Origin: the human T2T-CHM13v2.0 reference genome, Homo sapiens
Assembly (NCBI RefSeq): GCF_009914755.1
Contig: NC_060934.1
Reading direction: 5' to 3' (one strand)
DNA: 64,000 nucleotides
A program made the position numbers and the translations under genes. Shown one piece after another: positions 55,960 through 64,000 of this stretch (positions are counted from its first letter, which is position 1; the number at the start of each line of letters is the position of its first letter). Under the pieces are notes generated by a model. That model had not been told where the DNA came from and did no database searches. It saw only the letters and a list, made by a program, of their open reading frames with translations.

Positions 55960-58900
55960 TTATTTAGGGTCTTTATGCTAGGTGTGTGTTCACTTGACTT
56001 GTAGCCCACTGGTCAACAGTTAAACTGGAGGGAAGAGGGCACAGAAAAAGCTCATAAAGTTTGGATGGGAAGCTGGGAATGTGGAGAGATTATAAGATGT
56101 GCTCACAGCTTCATCAAAGGGTAGAATAGACCCTGCAGGGAATGATATCTCCTCTCAGACCATGTGGTCCAGGATGTCTTTGAGAAATTTCTCCTATCTC
56201 AGGCATGATAATAAGTGTGGTAGTAATAATGGCACCTCTTCACTGAGCATGCATTTACGTGCTATGCACTCTATAATGAACAGGAAGATTCTCATTTAAT
56301 TCTCACAGTGCCCTGCAGACAGACAAGAAACAGTTCAAGATCCCACAGCTAGCATGGCAGCACTTGTTTCCAGCCTGGATTTGGTTCCCATGTATGCTGT
56401 CAGTCCCTTCTATAAGACACAGGCACACGATGCTGATGGCCGTGGTCCACTTCAGAAGTCATCGAAAGGACTGAGCTGCTCCTAGATCCCTGTCCTGCTT
56501 AGGGAGACAGCTGTTCAGGGAAATAAGCACCTTTCTATTTTCTGTCATGTCGTATCCATGGTCCAACTCTAGGATCTCCTTGCTAGAAGGGCCAGACCAC
56601 AAGCTAGGTGCCCATTTCCTGAAGGGCTTGGGATGCTCCAGCTTGGAAGAACCCCTGTGTTCTAAGGAACCCTGAGGAGTTCCTCCGGAAGAAGCCTTGC
56701 ATGTTCTAAGAAGGGGGTGTGACAGCGAGGACCCATGCTTGGTCTTATCCAGAGCCACATTGATATCAAGCATTTGGCATAGGGGTCTAAGCACTGTCCG
56801 GGAATGGAAGAGGTAGAACAAACTTCCCACCTCCAGAACCATCCTCCACAGCCCTGATCTTCCCAAACAGAAGCCTCAAAGTGGGAAGAGGAGAGAGGTC
56901 TTAAACGGACTCCTCCCAATTCCACCATCTCTAAGATCTGTAAAGAAGTAAAAAAAATCCTTGGAGTTTCTTTTATAAAATGCAGCTGTCTTGAAAGGAC
57001 TCTCAAAAAAATTCTGAATAAGCTATAATCATTTAATGAGTGATGACAACATCAAGATGTTTTCAAGAAGGGTGTTCGCCACTGAAAATTCGAGTTGTTT
57101 AGTGGGACCTTGTAATCCCCAACCAGCCACGAGCCCCCTCTCTGGAGTCAACAGAGCAGTGTGAGTGAAATGCTACCCTGTTTAGGATGCCTGCCCTTGC
57201 TCTTCCAATTTGCATCAAATGTAGATTTGTGCATTAACTTTTTAAAGTCGTTGTTGCTCTGTGAATTTAGATTAGAGGAAGATCAAGGCAAAAAGTATCC
57301 CTGACAAGGTGGACAAAAACCTTAATCAGTAGACCTTCTAGAGTGGAAAAAGAGTAGAAAATAGTTCATAGGTCTGTTTTGGGTAGGCTGTTCCATTCCA
57401 TTATATCTTAGAGATTTCAGCCTTTATGTGTTACTCATTTTTGCTAAATATAGTGGAAATTATGTAACTATGAATCAGCTTAAAAATTCTAAGTAATCAC
57501 TGAAAATGAGTTTTTAAAAATTAAAGTGATTAAAAAGAACTCTGAAATTAATATACTTTACTTAATGATTTATTCCATGATGTTGTCAACAACAGTACTA
57601 GAAATGTGGCCTCTTTCCATCGGAATAAGGTATTAACTGGGAATGTGATTATGCCCTGACAGCTTCCCCCTATTAATGTAAGGAATAGAAAACTGGGGAA
57701 CTTCACACTTAATTAGATAAATTGGGATATGCAATATAAGGCTTTTCTTTATCTGTGGGATTTTACAAAAACTCGACTTTGCAGTCAGTTGTATATTGTT
57801 TGCTTTAGTTGATTATATTTGAAATGGGTGATTGGAATGCGTCTCGTGCCTAGGATAATAATGTGCTATGATCCGAAGTATTACATCCTTAAGAAAAAAC
57901 CAAAACAACTCTATTTGGCAGTTGCAGAATTGTAGACCATGTGAATACCTAGCACATGCCCAGAGACAGAAGCGTTGCAATAACCTTGCCACAGAACAAA
58001 AAGGTCATTTTATCTTTACTCTGATGTAGTCTGATGCTGTAGAAGCATGGAGTGAAATACTTATTTTTATATTAAGTCAGACTTCAGGATTTATTTTAGC
58101 CTTCCTTTTTGAGAAGCTTTCTAAGCCCTCAGCATTAAGCAGCATTTTTCCTCATCACACACGGATCTGAGCAGGTGACCGCGGCTGGGATAGGTGCTGT
58201 TGTGTTGTGTGCAGGTGGGCTGGCCAGCCATTGGGTGTGTGTTTTTCCTAGAGTAAGAAGCACTCCAGGCTGAGATGAGAGCTGTTGAAATGAGTAACAT
58301 TTCCGTCTCCTGTGATACGCGCTGCTGTTGCTTCTTTCAAATGATCAGATTTACATTCTTTTAATGGGTCCTTTAAAAATGTAATCGAGTGAGAAGGACT
58401 TCTAAAGATTTTTCTTTGGCCTGGATACACACGAGGGGATTGGAAATTACTAATTCATGAAAATGAAAATGTGGGCTTCTTTTAAGGAAAAATTCCCTTT
58501 GAACATTGACAGAAGTGGGCGTAGGGAAGGGGAAGATTTTGCCTGGATTCTCCACTTAACTCTTGTCACCACTGGAGCATCCTGACTCCCTAGACACAAG
58601 TGATGGAAGTTATTTTGTTTCCACTCTAAACACTGTCTCAGGGGGACATTGATGGGATGGTGGAGGGTGTGTTTCATTGTGACAACAGCATCTTTGGTGG
58701 GGAATTTGCTGTTGGTGAAAACCCAGTGCTTTCTCTGAGCATGGGTGATTGATAAGGGCCTGACATGCTCCTTCATTTGGAAAATGGTATTAATAGAATT
58801 GGTTTCCCAGTGAATAGTGCCTTTTACCCAAGACTCATAACCAAATATTTTCACAAAGATGTTATATCCCCATGCATGAGCATTCATTTTGAGATGTTCA

Positions 58901-60999
58901 TTATAATAGAGTTTAAGTATGAATGTGTTTTAAAAATGATTTTAAAATCATCTGCAAAAAAATGTTGTGTTTCAAATGGACAGTGTCTGGGTTTTGTATA
59001 GTCATCATAAAAATGTCTATAATTGTACTGTTTGCTAATAAACCTACCTGCTTTCAGAAAATCATCCTAACGTGTGTGTGTGCACCAATGGTTTTATAAG
59101 TTCATTTTTCTTTGGGGCAGCTACAGCAATTTTAGGTTTGTTTTCATATTCCTGTGACCCTGGTATTTTTTCAAGGTTGGTTACTAGCTATGGGTTTACT
59201 GCAGAAGAAGTAAAAACCACATTGTTGAATGGGCACAATATGCTCTGCAATCCTTACATATTCATACCAAACAGCAAAGATATTTGCAAAACCAGACTGC
59301 CTTAAGTTAATTTTTGCGCAACTTAAAATGACCTTGTCATTGACCAAAATGTATAGGATCCACTGTAGCATGATGACTTTATGCCAGTTCATGAAATGGA
59401 TGTTCTTTCTGATCTTTGTACCACAGAGTTGTTTACTTTCAGTAAATAAAGTGGCTGCACATGCAGTGCCTGCAAATATGCTAGTGATAGAGTTTCTGTA
59501 GGTCAAAGAAGACGTGCTGGTGTGGGAAGCAGCTGCTGTGATCTTTAGGTGACACTGCTGCAGCCAAACTGCCCTGATTCATAATGAAATCAACTTTCAC
59601 TTGCTGATAAAAATGCTAAGGAATGAGTCCACCAGTGACAGGTTTTCTAAACAGGCCATGGTGTTACTAACACCATGACATAGAAAAGTTCATGCCTCTT
59701 TCTTGTTTCCTTTTCTTGCTGTCTTCTAGGAAAGGCCAGTATTTGATGGTCTGTCTTCACAGTTTTAATTAAGAGTTGTGTATCTTGGTTCTGATATGCC
59801 CATGTGGTTTCCAAGGAAAACAGTGTTGCAGGCCATCCTCCTTGTGACTGTTTATAGGTTGGAGTTGGTCTGCCTGAGGCTGGGCCATGACTGTGACACC
59901 ATTTACACCCAGTAGTCCAGCCACATCTCAGATCTCTGTGGCTGTAGATAACTAACTGCCTCTCAGGGTACATGGGAAATGCTGCCAACTGCCTAAGTTG
60001 TTTCCAAGGTAGCAAGGTTTTCCCATACTTTGAGCCCCTCCCCATTTATCTTCTGCTGGAGGGTCGGAGATTGAAGGAGCAGATGCAGGACTACAGGACT
60101 TCTGCTTCTTGGAAGTGAGTTGCACACTTGTAGAGTGACTGGTGGGCACCCTTCATTGTATCTGGGTGTCTGTAGAACAGGACCTTTGAGGCAGCACCAA
60201 TAGTTGGCTCAGAAATGATTATAGAATGAGACAGAACCCTCCCTCTGTCTGCTCTGGGCTGTGCATTGGGCCTTCCTTCCCTTTCTGCATGTGTCAGAAG
60301 AGGAATCCCCTTCTTCTCCCTGAAGAACATGCGATGGTAGCAGGAGCCTTGAGTGTCGGTCTGCAGTGCCCTCTCCCTTGCACATGGACTCTGTGGTTGC
60401 AGATACTGGGAAAAAGCATTGTGGCCTCTCCTCTCCTAGGCCGTCCAGGTGAGGCAAACACCAGCCCACGTGTGCAGATGGGTTAGTATTAGGCTAGTGT
60501 CAGCAGGAGAGGTAGGCGCTCAGCCTATCTCCCACTAGGGAGGGGAAGAAGAAAGGAAGGAGGCGGCTGATCCCTTGAGGCTGGGGATGTGCTCAATGGA
60601 AGATCTAGAGAGAAGCTACCTCCCCTGGGCCATGGAGGCAAGATTTACATGCCACAGTGTACTGTGGCAACACTCAATGTATTTAGCCATTTCTTCTGAG
60701 GTTAAGAATTAAACCTCATATACCTCCTGCTATGAGCCTGTGTGCATCCTAAAATGCCACCATGTGTTCCGGTGGTGAAACTCCATGCCAGGGTGCATAG
60801 GTGGGCAAGCGTCAGTCCCTTCCCTCCCCAAGCCAGGCCAGCTCTGGCTGGTGGGTCAGGCCCAGGCCTTACGATGCTCTTGTCTTCTGCAGACCGGATG
60901 AAATGCCTATCGGCCCAAACATTCTTCCTTTATTATTATTTTCTTAGATTACTTTTATGTTCCCCAATTTTTGAGGCCATGAAATAAGTTTAATAGCCA

Positions 61000-63413
61000 C
61001 ATAAAACATCTTTGATTTTTTTATTTAAAAATTAATAAAGAACTTAACGACAAGTATAATAATTTAATCTCTATATGCAATGCCATGTGTACATCTACAT
61101 AAGGGAACCCTGTGCGTTTTACCTTGCTTTTGTATCAGAGTTTTTACTTGAATCTTTCCAAGAGAAGAATCACCATCTGTTAGTGACGTGTTGCAATTAA
61201 ACTATGAAATGATTTTGACAATAGTTTTTCTATTTTGAACACACTTTAATTTTTAGGGATGAATTAATTTATCTTCAGAAGTTCCTTTTTGACTCTGAAC
61301 ATTTCAATTTTATTTTTTTTTGGTCTAGACTGGTGTGAAACAGTGACATTATTTTGTGTACTAGGATGTCCTCTTGTTTAGACAGATTTGTGTTACTAAT
61401 TAGAAAACTGCTAATACCCTTATTTCAATTTACTGAGATAGTTGGGATTCTTAAAACATAAGGAGAGAGAACTTGTTGGAAACATTTTTATAACTTTAGT
61501 TAAAAACAGTATAAAAAACATGAAACCCATTTTTAAATATTTAGTCTACGTGAAACAGTTACACTTCCTTCATGTTACAGGATCAACTTCCTCATTGTTC
61601 TTGCACCAAAATATTTCTCAGTTCCTTTTATTGATATTCAGGGATTCGAACTTCATATAGTGTTTCCGCAGAGGATGTGTGTGTGCACATGTGTGTTTTA
61701 AATTAAAGCATACAACTGCAGTGTTGTTTGGCCCCCGAAGAATGTTTACACGACATACTCTTCATTTTTTTTTCAAGGCCCGATCTGGTTACTGATCACT
61801 AGGTCCTTGTAGAATCAAAACACTTAGAACTAAAACAGATTTGCTGTTGAGTCAGGAGGAAAATACATGGCAAGAAGCAGCTCCAATCTGACAAAAGCAG
61901 GTGAGATCCTTTTACCAAGGTTAGCCACTGTGTGTTTGGCATCTAGTCAATGAGGTGTGCATGTCAGCACTCCACTAGATGTGAAACTGCTGGACAGAAA
62001 CTTCAAGACTAGGTTTTCCTGTATGCTCACAAACTATTCAAAATTTAAGTTGTACAAAAAAAAAAAAAAAGGCAAAGTAAGATCCCTACTTCCTATTGTG
62101 AAAATCAAAAAATTGATAGACAAAGTCATTAATAGACTAGGGGATTTGATTTCTATAAAAAGATACTTGCAAAGGTGCAAAGAAATGAGTGAAAAAATAA
62201 AGGAACTAAGATTTACATTGCAATGTGTAATCAAGAGAGAACTCTAAGTGTTACTGTTGATTTAAAAAATACCTAAAAACATTTGATTCACAGCTTTCCC
62301 CTAAGTATGTTGTTTAGTACAACTTACTAATAGGTTAAATGTAGGCGACATTGTCCCTTGGTAGCAGCTAAACTAAACGCACTGTTTCTCTTTGAGATGG
62401 TCAGGGCTTCCACCATTAATACAAAGCATAACGAATTGTACATAACGTCTGGCTGCACTTACCATGGCTAACAGTGTCTCGGAGGATCGATCCACAAAAA
62501 CACTGTCTGCCATGGCACAGAATGCCTGTGATTTATTGGTGGGTGGATTATCCATCGTGTATCTCTATGTATGTTCTCAGATTCTTGCCAGAATGTATTA
62601 TTTGGCCTTTGGGTACCAAAAGATTAAAAATGAGATCTAAGAAAACTTAGTGTCCAATAGCTCTGACCCTGTCTACTTGCAGTGATTAAAGGCATATCCT
62701 GACTTTGGGGGACTCCTGGCTGCTGGCCATTTGGAAAATGAGCAGTAAACATGTCGTAAGTCTGGAGATGAAGAGGATGCTAAATTTGAGGTGTCGTTGT
62801 GACACTGAGATGTGGTCACTTGGCTTAGCGCTATAGCACATGAAGGCAAATATACATATAGTCACATTTTAGAGATTATTCATGGTCTCCGACCACTTGA
62901 AAAAATTGTGCTTTCTCCGGAATTTGATGTGCTGAAAATTGCACTCGCCCCCTGCTTATTTGCAAAATGAAACATAAAAATGAAGTCCTTCGCAAACATA
63001 AGGCTTGCTTTTTCTTCTCATTATTTAAAAAAAAAATCAAGGCTTGAAAATAATTATGAGTTATAGCTGTGTACAGGGTGACAGCCTGCCATCTCGCAGG
63101 TTGATAATGTATTACTTGCAGATCGGGGGTGGGGGAAAATTTTTACTTATCATCTTTGACTACGTAAGTTTCATTTCAGATTTTACATCCCACATCAGTG
63201 AACTGCAAAGAACAGCTGGCAAGGAGTGACACAGAATACCTTGCTTCTGTTAATTATCTATTGGTACAAAGGCCTTTTTGGTACGCAGGGCGAGAAGTGG
63301 GAGGTGCCTGAATGGGCACCACAGTTCCCTCGATCCTATTCATTTTGGAAAAGTATTGACTTAAACTCCAGTGGGTTCTAAAGACGGCCTCGAGACTCCA
63401 GACACCGTGAGTG
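61000..63413 (-). other. INSYN2A: Probable 3'UTR of INSYN2A (~2.4 kb)
   Basis: AT-rich sequence with no recognisable repeats between the stop codon and a minus-strand AATAAA. The 3' end is approximate. Confidence 0.65.
61020..61025 (-). terminator. Candidate polyadenylation signal AATAAA for INSYN2A
   Basis: tttatt on + strand is AATAAA on -, followed on - by GT/T-rich gatgttttatgtgg. Alternative hexamers at 60929-60934, 60989-60994 and 61063-61068. Confidence 0.5.
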
Positions 63414-63597
63414 TTAAAGGAACCAGAGTTTCCATCTTCCGTGCTTTTTAGATTCAGTTTTGGATTTTTGCTTGGGAGTTGAGGAGTAAGTCTCCTGAGA
63501 GTAAGGCGAAGGTATGACCTGAGTTTCCTCAATAGGGTGGAGTTTTCTTAGAACCGGCTGGAGTTTGTCTTCTTGCTGCTTAAAATCCAGCTCCACA
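63414..63597 (-). CDS. INSYN2A: Last coding exon of INSYN2A/FAM196A (inhibitory synaptic factor 2A): (S)VELDFKQQEDKLQPVLRKLHPIEETQVIPSPYSQETYSSTPKQKSKTESKKHGRWKLWFL*
   Basis: Minus-strand acceptor tcttcactctctctcttttctAG (AG at 63599-63598), TAA stop at 63416-63414, within ORF 63414..63629. The C-terminus and the antisense position in a DOCK1 intron match my recall of FAM196A. Confidence 0.88.
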
Positions 63598-64000
63598 CTA
63601 GAAAAGAGAGAGAGTGAAGACTTTAGCATTTGATCTTTTCCATATGAAGATCCCTCTTAGTGTCAGCAAGATTTGGGCATGATCAGTGTGTGTTTGTAAT
63701 GTAATTTTATGGTTTAATAATAGCAATTCGATATACTATGTTTTAGCTCTGTGCTCCCGTGAAATAGTTCAAGGAGGCTCACTTCCTTTGGAAAATAACT
63801 TACTTGCTTCTGTAGGTGAATCTTTAATATTGTGTTAATGTGCACAGTTGGTGTATGTATTTGTGGAAATGAAAAATGTGAAATATGAATAACCCCATTG
63901 TTTGTCCACAGTCTGTTCACATGGGCCTCATGGAGTAAAACAGAAAACCAAAAGTATGAGTGGGCAGGGGTCACCTTAGTACATCTATACCAAGTGCACG

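Noticed and set aside
63598-63629. N-terminal MLKSSLSLFS of ORF 63414..63629
   Set aside because: It is the polypyrimidine tract and acceptor of the INSYN2A last exon, not a real start.

Overview
Primate (almost certainly human) genomic DNA, mostly intron, from the DOCK1 locus (10q26, from recall). Four + strand coding exons (31820-31890, 35837-35943, 51066-51193, 53259-53354) have canonical AG/GT ends and splice in frame to 134 codons of the DOCK1/DOCK180 mid-region (from memory, exons 24-27). On the - strand, inside the following DOCK1 intron, lie the last coding exon (63414-63597) and a ~2.4 kb 3'UTR of the nested antisense gene INSYN2A (FAM196A). The rest is about 22 Alu/FLAM/FRAM copies, several MaLR (THE1/MST/MLT1), MLT2 and ERV1 solo LTRs, L1, L2, MIR and hAT-Charlie fragments, microsatellites and small local duplications. 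Repeat subfamily calls are by eye. I found no evidence of a new self-contained biological system. The best leads are testable regulatory hypotheses: a sense THE1 LTR with a DUX4 motif just upstream of a DOCK1 exon, ESRP-type motifs and inverted Alus around the exons, an AT-rich duplicated palindrome, and nuclear-receptor-like tandem repeats.
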